From assembly GCA_965263045.1 (NCBI GenBank), contig CBDHGK010000041.1, positions 1,909,514-1,973,513 on the forward strand: 64,000 nt of DNA. The letters are read 5' to 3'. Below, one piece after another: positions 28,986 to 38,144 of this stretch. The notes beneath the pieces are model-generated. The model had not been told where the DNA came from. It saw only the letters and a program-made list of their open reading frames with translations, and made no database searches. The first letter of the stretch is position 1. The number at the start of each line of letters is the position of its first letter. The position numbers and the translations under genes were made by a program. Origin of the DNA: Terriglobia bacterium (GTDB lineage Bacteria; Acidobacteriota; Terriglobia; 20CM-2-55-15).

Positions 28986-30098
28986 ATGAAATGGACCAGT
29001 TTCGCAGCAGTGGGCGCACTCCTTGTCCTGTCGGTGTCAACGGTGGCCGCCGCGGGTCAGGAACTGCGGACACCGTGGGGCGACCCGGACCTGCAGGGGA
29101 TCTGGAGTAATCCCTACGTGACACCGCTGGAACGGCCGGAAGAGTACGGCACCCGGGAGTTCCTGACGGAAGAAGAAATCCTGATCGCCGAGTCGGAATT
29201 GCTGGAACAGTCCCAACTGCCGGGTCGTGACAGCCGGAGTGCGGCAGGGACGGAAAGAGATGTGGCCCTCGCCTACAACGACCACTGGTTCGGTGATCCT
29301 TCCATGGACCGGGGCGCGCGCACGTCACAGATCATCGACCCGCCGGACGGGAGAATTCCACCGCTGACCCCCGAGGCACAGACCAGGATCGGAGCGCAGA
29401 GAGAGTATCTCCAGGCACTGCTCCAGGGTACTTCCGGGGGGCGGCCGGGACCGATCTCACCGCGGCGATCGGAACCGCCTCCCGACTACAATCTCGACCG
29501 AATGAATCGCACGGACGGTCCCGAGGACCGGAGCGGCCCTGAGCGGTGTTTCGGTTTCAGTCTGCCGGTGTTGCTCGAGTCCGGGACTTTCGGAGGGGTC
29601 GCGCGAATTGTTCAGTCACCCGGAAGCGTGGGCATCAACTACGATATGGGTCAGGGCCAGGGCTTCAGCCGTGTGATCCCCATCACGGATCGCCCACACC
29701 TTTCCCCACATATGCGGCAGCGCTACGGCGATGCCCGCGGCCGGTGGGAAGGAGACACGCTTGTCGTGGACGTGACCAATTTCCAGCAACAGACGGATTT
29801 CGAGGGTTCCCGCGAAAATCTGCATCTGATCGAACGCTACAGAAGGATCGATGCCGATACGCTGGCGTTCCAGGTCACAATAGAGGACCCGACGACGTTT
29901 ACAGCACCGTTCACCGCGGTCCAGGAGCTGACGAAGAACAGCGAACAGGCCAATCAGGTTTACGAGGGTGGTTGCCATGAGGGTAACTACGGCATGGTCG
30001 GCATGCTGGTGAACACGCGTGCCGCGGAAAGGGCCTTTGCGGAAGGGCGGGGTCCGGATCCGGCGACACAGGACAACGCCACCGGTGGCGGCGGGTAG
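28986..30098 (+). CDS. secreted protein family X, paralog 1 (intact)
   Basis: SD ggagga and ATG at 28986. Signal peptide. Sequence DLQGIWSNP ... GRWEGDTLVVDVTNF ... IERYRRIDADTLAFQVTIEDPTTFTAPFT. Confidence 0.6.
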   Translation: MKWTSFAAVGALLVLSVSTVAAAGQELRTPWGDPDLQGIWSNPYVTPLERPEEYGTREFLTEEEILIAESELLEQSQLPGRDSRSAAGTERDVALAYNDHWFGDPSMDRGARTSQIIDPPDGRIPPLTPEAQTRIGAQREYLQALLQGTSGGRPGPISPRRSEPPPDYNLDRMNRTDGPEDRSGPERCFGFSLPVLLESGTFGGVARIVQSPGSVGINYDMGQGQGFSRVIPITDRPHLSPHMRQRYGDARGRWEGDTLVVDVTNFQQQTDFEGSRENLHLIERYRRIDADTLAFQVTIEDPTTFTAPFTAVQELTKNSEQANQVYEGGCHEGNYGMVGMLVNTRAAERAFAEGRGPDPATQDNATGGGG

Positions 30099-30114
30099 TC
30101 GGCCGAAGACCGGA

Positions 30115-30681
30115 ATGTTTCTTATCGCTTTCCTCGAATCTCTCGCCGAGTCTCCGTGGAGCATCGGGCTCCATGAGTCGCGATACGCCTACCCCCTCAT
30201 CGAATCGGTTCATGTCTGGGCGCTGTTTTTGTTTGTCGGTCTCGTGGTCGTGTTTGACCTGCGTCTCGTCGGCTGGATTATGCCGCGCGTGGGGGTGCGG
30301 GAGGTTTACCGGCGACTGATACCGTGGACCATAGCCGGCTTCGTCATCATGGTTATCAGCGGAGCAATGCTCTTTTCCGCGATACCCCTGCGCTCCTATC
30401 AGAACATTTTCTTCCGCGTTAAAATGATCTTCCTGGTGCTGGCCGGTTTGAATGTCTGGGTCTTCCACTCGGGAATCTACCGGCGTGTGGCCACATGGAG
30501 CCTGGAGGCGGTGCCTCCCAGGTCAGCCCGGATTGCCGGAGCTCTTTCCCTGGTGCTGTGGGTCGGCATCATCTTTTCAGGAAGAATGATTGCGTACAAC
30601 TGGTTTGACTGTGACCGACAGCCACAACCGGCCATCATCAATTATCTGACCAACTGCGTGCCGGTCGAGTCCGAGTACTGA
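30115..30681 (+). CDS. 4-TM membrane protein, paralog a
   Basis: ESLAESPWSIGLHESRYAYPLIESVHVWAL ... DLRLVG. Stop overlaps the start of the next paralog. Confidence 0.55.
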   Translation: MFLIAFLESLAESPWSIGLHESRYAYPLIESVHVWALFLFVGLVVVFDLRLVGWIMPRVGVREVYRRLIPWTIAGFVIMVISGAMLFSAIPLRSYQNIFFRVKMIFLVLAGLNVWVFHSGIYRRVATWSLEAVPPRSARIAGALSLVLWVGIIFSGRMIAYNWFDCDRQPQPAIINYLTNCVPVESEY

Positions 30682-31154
30682 TGTCGCTGCTGCCGTTCTT
30701 CGAGTGGTGCGAACAATTGCCCATTGGCGAGGCGATTCGGAATTCACTCTGGCTGTTTCCCGTAATCGAAGCCTTTCACCTGGTGGGTCTGGGCGTGCTG
30801 GGAGGCGCCGTGTTGCTGCTCGATCTGCGGCTGCTGGGCCTGGGTCTGAAGGGCCAGCCGGCGGACGAGGTCGCCAGGGCCGCCGAACCCTGGCTGCTGG
30901 GCAGTCTCGGGTTGATGCTCGCCTCCGGCTTTCCGCTATTTCTCTCGGAAGCGATCCGGTGCTACTACAGCACGGCCTTCTGGGTGAAGATGACTTCGCT
31001 GCTGCTGGTGATCCTGTTTACATTCACGGTGCGGCGTCGGGTCGCGCACGGGGCAGCATCGATACCCAAGCTGGAATGCCAGATTGCCGCCCTGGTCTCG
31101 CTGGCCTTGTGGGCAGGTGTGGGATGGGGCGGACGCTGGATCGGGTTTTCCTGA
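30681..31154 (+). CDS. 4-TM membrane protein, paralog b (tandem duplicate of 30115-30681)
   Basis: Shares EA.H..GL ... LLDLRLLG with paralog a. ATGA overlap with the upstream gene. Confidence 0.55.
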   Translation: MSLLPFFEWCEQLPIGEAIRNSLWLFPVIEAFHLVGLGVLGGAVLLLDLRLLGLGLKGQPADEVARAAEPWLLGSLGLMLASGFPLFLSEAIRCYYSTAFWVKMTSLLLVILFTFTVRRRVAHGAASIPKLECQIAALVSLALWAGVGWGGRWIGFS

Positions 31155-31176
31155 CTCCGCCCCTGCATTGGCCCGC

Positions 31177-31593
31177 TTACGGGCGTTCGACCGGTGCGCC
31201 TGTTCCCGACGATCCTAAGAATAACGTTCTTCCGTCGGGTAGGGTCAGGTCCCTGCCGTTCGCTCTCCGTGAGCCATCCTTCGCCCGGTAGCCATCAACG
31301 ACGATCTCGGTACCCGCTACGAGAGAGTCTCTCGTAAAGCCGCGCCGGTACAACACATTGGGGGTGCCGGCTTCAACGGCCCATCGTTCCATGGTCCCAT
31401 CAGGGAGTTCGACTTCGACGTGGATCCACGCGTGGGGATTGGTCCATTGCATCCGCACGACGGTGGCCGTGAAGTGGACCGGGTTGTTGGCGTCAAATTC
31501 GGCCGCGAAGGCGTGATGGGCCGACGCGGGCGCTGCGGCCAGAATCAGAATCGCGCCAACAATCGCGACGGTGATGGCTGATGTAGCTGACAT
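31177..31593 (-). CDS. small secreted HH/NPH-family protein, paralog 2
   Basis: SD aaggag and ATG at 31593. Signal peptide ending PASA, then HHAFAAEFD ... WTNPHAW. Confidence 0.6.
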   Translation of the reverse strand: MSATSAITVAIVGAILILAAAPASAHHAFAAEFDANNPVHFTATVVRMQWTNPHAWIHVEVELPDGTMERWAVEAGTPNVLYRRGFTRDSLVAGTEIVVDGYRAKDGSRRANGRDLTLPDGRTLFLGSSGTGAPVERP

Positions 31594-31655
31594 TGGGTGC
31601 GGTCTCCTTTTCATATTCACTCAGTTTAACTCGATTCACCGGGTTTTGCCGGACC

Positions 31656-32666
31656 TCAGGGTTCAACCGGCGGGTTGCCCGACCAATGTATTTCATAGAC
31701 ATCTTCACCCGGCGGTACCTTGCGCGTGATGTCGACATCCATCGTCCGGCCTTCCCAGCGCGTCACAAGGGGTTCGCTGCGCAGGTGGCCGTAGATGGTT
31801 TCCTCGACGTGTTCGAAGCATCGGAAGTCCAGGAGCTGGGCGTCGGGTTCCAGCCGGCGGTAGAGCGGCAGACTGATGGTCCACGGTCGCGTGAACACCT
31901 TGGAGTCTTCAATCGTTGCTTGGTAAAGGATCGCATCTCGGCTGATGGGAGTGTAGCGTTCCTCAACTTCCAGCGCGTCGCTGTGAAAATTACCGGACCT
32001 GTCGAACCAGGTGTAGGGCGTGAAGTTCATAACATCGACAACCAGCGTGTCGCCCTCCCAGCGCCCGAGGGAGTATCCCATGAAGGCCTCGCCCGGATAG
32101 GGGTCGACGGTGTCAAGATTGATCGTTCTCTGGGCATTGGCAAACTCGAAAACCATCATGACTTTGTTCGTACTCTGAACAATCTGGAACGGATAGGGCA
32201 GATACATCGCACGCGGCACTCCCGGCATATAGCATTTGATTTCCGGGTCGCGGTCCAGCCAGTGGACTTGATTATCGATCTTCCGCTCCGCCGCCCAGGG
32301 TTGGTAGGGAATCTCGTCGCCTTCGACCACTCCCATGCCCGGCGGGGCCCAACCAATGGTGCCGAGCGCAACGACCGGGGCCGCCAGCACCGGTACATCG
32401 GGGTACACGCCGGCCTGGGCCACCAACGGCCGTGCGTCGTGGGTCTGAAGGTCCCAGTTGGCCGTGCTGTGGGTCTGCCATATCCCACTGAAGTCGGGTT
32501 TGCCGTCTGCGGTGCGTACGATTGATGACGCGCCCGCTGAGTCCATGTTGAGGCCGGACATCGGCGACGTCAGCATCCACATCAGCGATGCCCCACCCAC
32601 GATGATGGCGGTCACGATCACGATTATTGCGTCTCTGAATCTATTTTGCATGGATCGAGTGACCAC
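31656..32666 (-). CDS. secreted protein family X, paralog 2 (intact)
   Basis: DFSGIWQT ... GRWEGDTLVVDVMNF ... EERYTPISRDAILYQATIEDSKVFTRPWT. GTG at 32666 or ATG at 32651. Confidence 0.6.
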   Translation of the reverse strand: MVTRSMQNRFRDAIIVIVTAIIVGGASLMWMLTSPMSGLNMDSAGASSIVRTADGKPDFSGIWQTHSTANWDLQTHDARPLVAQAGVYPDVPVLAAPVVALGTIGWAPPGMGVVEGDEIPYQPWAAERKIDNQVHWLDRDPEIKCYMPGVPRAMYLPYPFQIVQSTNKVMMVFEFANAQRTINLDTVDPYPGEAFMGYSLGRWEGDTLVVDVMNFTPYTWFDRSGNFHSDALEVEERYTPISRDAILYQATIEDSKVFTRPWTISLPLYRRLEPDAQLLDFRCFEHVEETIYGHLRSEPLVTRWEGRTMDVDITRKVPPGEDVYEIHWSGNPPVEP

Positions 32667-33192
32667 CTCAAGTGATTGACTTCATGGGTTTGGCCGTCAA
32701 TAGTTTCCGCATGGCGCTCGATGCCGGCCGGGATCTCCGAGCATGTTACATCGGCTGCATGTTGCTTCATCAAAACAACAAAGTCAACATAGTCAGTTCC
32801 CAGGCTGTGACTCATTCATAAATCCGGCGCCGGGCCGGTTCAAAGCTGAGGCCGAACGCCCGATCGGATGTCGGGCCGGGAGCAACCGCGCCCGGGCATC
32901 GAGGAATCCGAACCCCTCCCGAAGGACCTGGAAACCGCGCCCAGTGGCCAGTTCCAGAACCTGTACGTCCGTTTGTCGGCCCCGATCAATCGATCGGGCT
33001 CGGGATTCGCTGAGGTGTCGGGCATCGTGATCGACCAGAGGAGTGTCTTGGTCACTGAACTGCAAGGTGGTTTTCAGTGGAGTGCCCCGATACTTGTTGC
33101 GATAGCGAAGCCATATTCGGGCCGTTCCAAAATGCGCCGGTCGGAAAACCCGATCCGGCAATGGTGATCGCTCCGGGCAGGAGGCGGCTCGT

Positions 33193-33600
33193 TTGCACCG
33201 ATCGACAAGTTTTCAACGACTTGCAATAGTATCTGCCATCGGATTGATGTTGCTGGTGGCGTGTCGCGCCCCGTTTCAGGTGCGGGTGACGGATCTGCGT
33301 GGTGGGGCCCGACCTTATTTCTATGAAGGTGAGTCCCTGAAAATGCACGTCCACTGGGGTCAGGAAGCCAGGGACATGGCCGTAATCTGTCAAGTGCTTG
33401 ACACGTATCGGGGAGAAACAAAGTGGCAGGGGCGTTCCACCGTGCCGAACGTGGAAACCGGGTCCCTCGAGGTCTTGTCGTTTGATCCGCCGCTCCCGCT
33501 GAACGGCCAACTCGGGTTGACCCGGGGTGGGTATCGATGGATATGCGAACTCGAAGACGCCGCGCGGTCGTCGGTCTACTTCGACATCATTGAGCGATAG
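33193..33600 (+). CDS. hypothetical lipoprotein
   Basis: TTG start. Signal peptide with LLVAC lipobox. No recognizable homology. Confidence 0.35.
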   Translation: MHRSTSFQRLAIVSAIGLMLLVACRAPFQVRVTDLRGGARPYFYEGESLKMHVHWGQEARDMAVICQVLDTYRGETKWQGRSTVPNVETGSLEVLSFDPPLPLNGQLGLTRGGYRWICELEDAARSSVYFDIIER

Positions 33601-33711
33601 CAGCCACCTCATAGAGCGCTAACAGCCACCTCCAGGCCAGCAGCGGTCAGGAAGTCGTGGATGCCCCCCTGCATGCACGCTCGAACCGCGGATCGGGTTC
33701 ACCGGGGTGCT

Positions 33712-34527
33712 TCACGGGTTCTCGGTCTCATCGAAAACTTCTCGGAAATACAGGGCATCCTGCGTATCCACACAGATCGATTCCCGAATGCGGTCTTCTG
33801 GAGGCCGTCTCCGCAATGTCACCGTTTTTGACCACGGGCCGGAAAGGACGTTCGGGTCTTCGACCGTGGCCTCATACACCAGGGTGTTTGCGTCGCTCAT
33901 GTGATAGCGCTCGACGACATGTAGATCCTCAGTGTGGAACGTCCCGAGTCTGTGAATCCAGGTCTCATCGTTAAAGCCGATGACATCGACAACGAGGGTG
34001 TCTCCGTCCCATTCGGCCACCGAGTCTCCCATGTAGGTTGGAAACCAATCATCGGGGTGGTCGCGTCCGTCTGTTGGAATGATCCGGAATCGGTGTTCGG
34101 CTTCGTAAAGAAATATTACTTCTCCCGGAATCTGAACGATTCGGAGCGGATGTGGATTGCCCGTCTGACGGGGGATGCCGCGGGGAATGCAGCGTAGCAT
34201 CGGATCGTCGGCCTCGGTGAATGCCCGCACACGGTCCATCACTTCCGGCCGGTAGGGAAGACCTCCGCCTGGATTTGCGAGCCTGTTCGCCGAGGACCGC
34301 TCTTCTTGTTCGAGAGTGAAGTTCGATATGTCCAGCATGTTGGTCTGCCAGATGCCCGAAAAATCGACCCGGCCATCGGGGGCACGGGGTATCAATTCAG
34401 ATGCGTTGTCGGTCGCGACGCGTTCGTTCCCGTTCTGCGGCAAGACAGCGGCAATGGCCCCGGGCAGCAGGACCAGAGCCGTCAACGCCAGCGTCGTGAC
34501 GGCGGCGACCAGACGGCGATGGGTCAT
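33712..34527 (-). CDS. secreted protein family X, paralog 3 (intact)
   Basis: DFSGIWQT ... AEWDGDTLVVDVIGF ... VERYHMSDANTLVYEATVEDPNVLSGPWS. Confidence 0.6.
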   Translation of the reverse strand: MTHRRLVAAVTTLALTALVLLPGAIAAVLPQNGNERVATDNASELIPRAPDGRVDFSGIWQTNMLDISNFTLEQEERSSANRLANPGGGLPYRPEVMDRVRAFTEADDPMLRCIPRGIPRQTGNPHPLRIVQIPGEVIFLYEAEHRFRIIPTDGRDHPDDWFPTYMGDSVAEWDGDTLVVDVIGFNDETWIHRLGTFHTEDLHVVERYHMSDANTLVYEATVEDPNVLSGPWSKTVTLRRRPPEDRIRESICVDTQDALYFREVFDETENP

Positions 34528-34586
34528 GTTGGGGTTCCCCCTAAATAGACGTGGTAGACATGGGCCCGAGTCCGGGCAGTCGATGC

Positions 34587-34994
34587 CTATTGGTTTTCGC
34601 TTTCTGAACTGGCGCCGATCGGAAGAATCCGTCCGTCGGGCAGCGTCATCCGGTTGCCGCCCGCAACCGGCCGGGCTCCGACTCGAGCATGCCAGCCCGT
34701 GACGGTCACGGTGTCTCCCGGACTCACCGTGTTCCGGGACCAGCCCTGCCGGACCATCATCGTTGGAGGATATCCTTCAAAGCCCCAGGTGACGACTTCG
34801 CCGTTTGGCCCGGCAACGTCGACGTAGAAGTACATGTGCGGGTTTTTCCAGTCTACCTTGTTGATCACGCCCGTCACGGTGAAGGGCTGGTCCTTGTCGA
34901 AGATCGCTGCAAACGAGTGATGGGCACGTGCCGGCGTTTCACACAGGACCAGGACGCATACGATGACCAGAGTGCCAGAAATACGTTTCAACAT
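34587..34994 (-). CDS. small secreted HH/NPH-family protein, paralog 3
   Basis: SD aaggag. Signal peptide ending ARA, then HHSFAAIFD ... WKNPHMY. Confidence 0.6.
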   Translation of the reverse strand: MLKRISGTLVIVCVLVLCETPARAHHSFAAIFDKDQPFTVTGVINKVDWKNPHMYFYVDVAGPNGEVVTWGFEGYPPTMMVRQGWSRNTVSPGDTVTVTGWHARVGARPVAGGNRMTLPDGRILPIGASSESENQ

Positions 34995-35269
34995 GCGTTC
35001 TCCTTATGCCTGTCTTGATCGGGCATCCAGGCAGGCACGACGATTCGGCCCGTGAGATGCCAAACGCTCTCAGATTAGCGAGATGCGCGGGCCCGGGTCA
35101 ACTGATGTTGCCCGGTCCGGCTGCTTCTTGAGCCAGCCCATCGATCGATACGGTGCCGGTGAGTTTCTTGCGGAACACTGTCCAAATTCGTATCAGGCAC
35201 CGATAATGACAGGCACTCGCCGAGAGGGGTGAGACAAGAGAACGGTTTTCGTCCGAGTTACTCGATAGA

Positions 35270-35797
35270 ATGACAGCGCATGAGACCCCAGCATGGAGGA
35301 TAAGAACAATGGGAAATCCGAGGGAGGCACCTGACGTGGAGCTTTACATGGAAAGGGTGCGAATCATATGCAGCGGGATAGTGGGTGAAGAGTTTCTGCC
35401 GCTGGTTGAGCAGGCGCAGAAGCTGACTTTCGGGGAGGACGATTCGAAGCTCGAGCCGGCCCGACAGCTCTACCAGCGTGCATTCGATCTGTTCCGCAAA
35501 GGCTATAGTCTCTTCCTGGATAATCCGGAATCCTACGAAGCGCTCGTGACCTGGAAGGAGGAGACGACGCTCCCCTGGAAGGAGGCTGGGACCATCGTCG
35601 ACGGGAAGGGACGCCCCGGCGTGCACGAGGCTCTTTTCGAAGGTTACGACGACTGTCTGAGCGATTATCTCTTCTGTCTTGCCCAGCTGGCGGACGTATA
35701 CCGTCGGGAAGGTCGGACTTCCAGGGCGGCGGACTGTAACACGCGTGCTGAAGAGCTGCGCCTGTTTGCCCAGATGATGAGCCAGGACCGAAAATAG
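35270..35797 (+). CDS. hypothetical acidic protein
   Basis: GC3-rich ORF, 18 bp upstream of the MutS-domain gene on the same strand. Confidence 0.4.
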   Translation: MTAHETPAWRIRTMGNPREAPDVELYMERVRIICSGIVGEEFLPLVEQAQKLTFGEDDSKLEPARQLYQRAFDLFRKGYSLFLDNPESYEALVTWKEETTLPWKEAGTIVDGKGRPGVHEALFEGYDDCLSDYLFCLAQLADVYRREGRTSRAADCNTRAEELRLFAQMMSQDRK

Positions 35798-35814
35798 TCG
35801 AACCTTGAATTGCT

Positions 35815-37644
35815 GTGGGAATGAAGGAGAGTGTGGAGCATCCCGACATCGAAATGACCGTGGGGCTACAACCATTCAAGGAATACACAGAGCGCCTCAG
35901 ACTACGGCGTGAAATGGTTGAAACCTGTGCCGGCCGCCATCGGATGATGGTCCGCCTGCGATTGGCAACGGCCCTGCTGGTCTTCATCGCGCTCTGGGTT
36001 GGGGCGCGCCAGAACCCGGTACAGATATGGCCGATCCTCGTTCCGGTTGTGCTCTTCATTGGCCTGGCCATCTACCACGGAAAGATCCTGCGGCGCTCGC
36101 GCCGCGCATCCCGCTCTGTGGAATTCTACGAACGGGGTCTGAGGCGAATCGACGGGACTTGGGTCGGGGAGCCGCCATCCAAGATCGCCTACGTCGACGA
36201 ATCGCACCTGTACGCACCGGGTCTGGATATATTCGGAAAAGACTCTCTGTTTGGACTCCTCTCGACGGCCCGAACCCGAACCGGCGAGGAAACTCTGGCC
36301 CGGTGGCTCGGTGAACCGGCCCTTCGAGAGGAGATTCTCCTCCGGCAGCAGTCGGTCGAAGAGCTCAGATCCAGGGTGGATCTCCGCGAAGATCTTGCGA
36401 TTCTGGGGTGGGAGGTGCGGGCCACCCTTCACCCGGAGCGGATGACGCGCTGGGGACATTCTCCCCCTCTCCTCGAATCCGTCCCCCCACGCGTCATCGC
36501 GCCAATCCTTGCCGTCGGCGTTTACTACACACAAATCGAGTACTGGTTTCGGGGAGGCAGCGGACTCTCTGCCGCTCTGTTCCTGGCGCTGGCTGGCCTG
36601 TTCGGTTTGTATTTCAGGGATCGGGTGCGCAAAGTGATTGACGCGGTCGAACAGCCCGAAAGAGAACTGGAGGTGCTTTCGCTGCTTTTTTCCAGGCTCG
36701 AGCGTGAGAAATTCAGCTCTCCCAAACTTCAGGGATTGCGACGGGCACTCGATACCCGCGGAAACCCGCCCTCGAAGGAAGTCTCCCGACTCGTCTTCCT
36801 GGTCGATCTCCTGAACTCCCGACGGAATCAAATGTTCATGCCACTCGCCGCTCTGATGCTGTGGTCGACGCAGGTCTCTTTCGCCGTCGAGGGTTGGCGT
36901 CGCCGCTGTGGCGCGTCACTGGGGGGCTGGCTGGATGCGATCGGCGAATTCGAGGCCCTGTGCGCCCTGGCGGGATATGCCTACGAGCACCCCGAAGATC
37001 CATTTCCCGAGATCGTGGATGATCCCTGCTTTGACGGCACCAGTCTGCGGCACCCGCTGCTTGGGCGCGATGACTGTGTGCCAAACTCGGTGCATCTGGG
37101 ACCCGATCTCCAACTCCTGGTGCTCAGTGGTTCCAACATGTCCGGAAAGAGCACTCTCTTGAGGACCATTGGCGTCAATGTGGTACTGGCCCTGGCGGGG
37201 GCCCCAGTGCGTGCGGACCGGCTGCGTCTGTGTCCGTTGGCGATGGGTGCCACGCTGCACATACAGGACTCGCTCCAGAGCGGTACCTCGCATTTTTACG
37301 CCGAGATTCATCGATTGCGAGACATCATGGAACTCTGCGAGGGCCCGCTTCCGGTGCTGTTTCTGCTGGATGAAATCTTCCACGGCACCAATTCCCACGA
37401 TCGCGCGATCGGCGCGGAAGCCGTGGTGCACAACCTGGTGGAGTGTGGCGCGCTGGGTCTGGTTACAACCCACGACCTCGCTCTGGCAACAGTGGCGGAC
37501 AGATTGGCCCCGAAAGCGGCCAACGTCCATTTCGAGGACCATCTGGAAGAGGGGACGATGGTATTCGACTATCGCCTGCGGCCGGGCGTCGTCGAACGGA
37601 GCAACGCCCTCGACTTGATGCGGGCCGTCGGTCTGAAAGTGTGA
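35815..37644 (+). CDS. MutS-domain-V ATPase with N-terminal transmembrane region (no mismatch-binding domains)
   Basis: GSNMSGKSTLLRTIG (Walker A) ... LFLLDEIFHGTNSHD ... TTHD motifs of the MutS ABC ATPase. N-terminal hydrophobic helices. Confidence 0.7.
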   Translation: MGMKESVEHPDIEMTVGLQPFKEYTERLRLRREMVETCAGRHRMMVRLRLATALLVFIALWVGARQNPVQIWPILVPVVLFIGLAIYHGKILRRSRRASRSVEFYERGLRRIDGTWVGEPPSKIAYVDESHLYAPGLDIFGKDSLFGLLSTARTRTGEETLARWLGEPALREEILLRQQSVEELRSRVDLREDLAILGWEVRATLHPERMTRWGHSPPLLESVPPRVIAPILAVGVYYTQIEYWFRGGSGLSAALFLALAGLFGLYFRDRVRKVIDAVEQPERELEVLSLLFSRLEREKFSSPKLQGLRRALDTRGNPPSKEVSRLVFLVDLLNSRRNQMFMPLAALMLWSTQVSFAVEGWRRRCGASLGGWLDAIGEFEALCALAGYAYEHPEDPFPEIVDDPCFDGTSLRHPLLGRDDCVPNSVHLGPDLQLLVLSGSNMSGKSTLLRTIGVNVVLALAGAPVRADRLRLCPLAMGATLHIQDSLQSGTSHFYAEIHRLRDIMELCEGPLPVLFLLDEIFHGTNSHDRAIGAEAVVHNLVECGALGLVTTHDLALATVADRLAPKAANVHFEDHLEEGTMVFDYRLRPGVVERSNALDLMRAVGLKV

Positions 37645-37668
37645 GGCCCGGCGCGGTACCGCGGGCTG

Positions 37669-38088
37669 TTATGGCGCCTCCAATAATTTGCGGAACTGGC
37701 CGGAGCGCAGCGTCTCGATGCCGAGATCCTCGAGACGGGTGCGCAGTCGCCGATCGGAGGTGACGGCGAGGATCTCCCCCCGCGTCGTTGCATCTCCTGC
37801 CAGTTCCGTTCCTGCCAGTTCCATTCCTGCCAGTTCCATTCCTGCCAGTTCTATGATGCGTTCATCCGCATCGGAGCCGGGGTGGGCGAAGTATACGGTA
37901 ACGCCATCGACCGTCGCGGGGTCGGTCATACCGTCGGGCGGTCTTCCATCAAATACAACCGTCACCCCTACCCGTTGCTGTTGACGCAGTTTCCCAAGCT
38001 CCGTGATCAGCCGGCGTTGGGCTCCAGGTTTGTCGCGATGCCAGCCGATCCGTTGGCCCATGACGTTGTTGCCGTCGATCAGGTACAC
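37669..38088 (-). CDS. NYN/YacP-like PIN-domain protein
   Basis: YLIDGNNV ... VVFDG pattern of NYN-domain proteins. GTG start. Contains an ELAGM-type pentapeptide repeat. Confidence 0.6.
   Translation of the reverse strand: MYLIDGNNVMGQRIGWHRDKPGAQRRLITELGKLRQQQRVGVTVVFDGRPPDGMTDPATVDGVTVYFAHPGSDADERIIELAGMELAGMELAGTELAGDATTRGEILAVTSDRRLRTRLEDLGIETLRSGQFRKLLEAP
37796..37855. repeat. in-frame 15-bp tandem repeat x4 (cctgccagttccatt) inside the NYN gene
   Basis: Read directly. Encodes ELAGMELAGMELAGTELAG. Confidence 0.8.
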
Positions 38089-38131
38089 CCGGCCATTGTA
38101 ACGTTACAGGCTGCGGTTCGGAGGTGTTAGA

Positions 38132-38144
38132 GGGGGGGGGGGGG
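38132..38144. repeat. homopolymeric G13 (C13 on the minus strand) tract, 44-56 bp upstream of the NYN gene start
   Basis: Read directly from the sequence. Confidence 0.8.

Noticed and set aside
35815-38088. MutS-like ATPase plus NYN nuclease as a two-gene defence operon
   Set aside because: The genes are convergent (plus and minus) with a 24-bp gap, so they cannot be co-transcribed. Listed separately instead.
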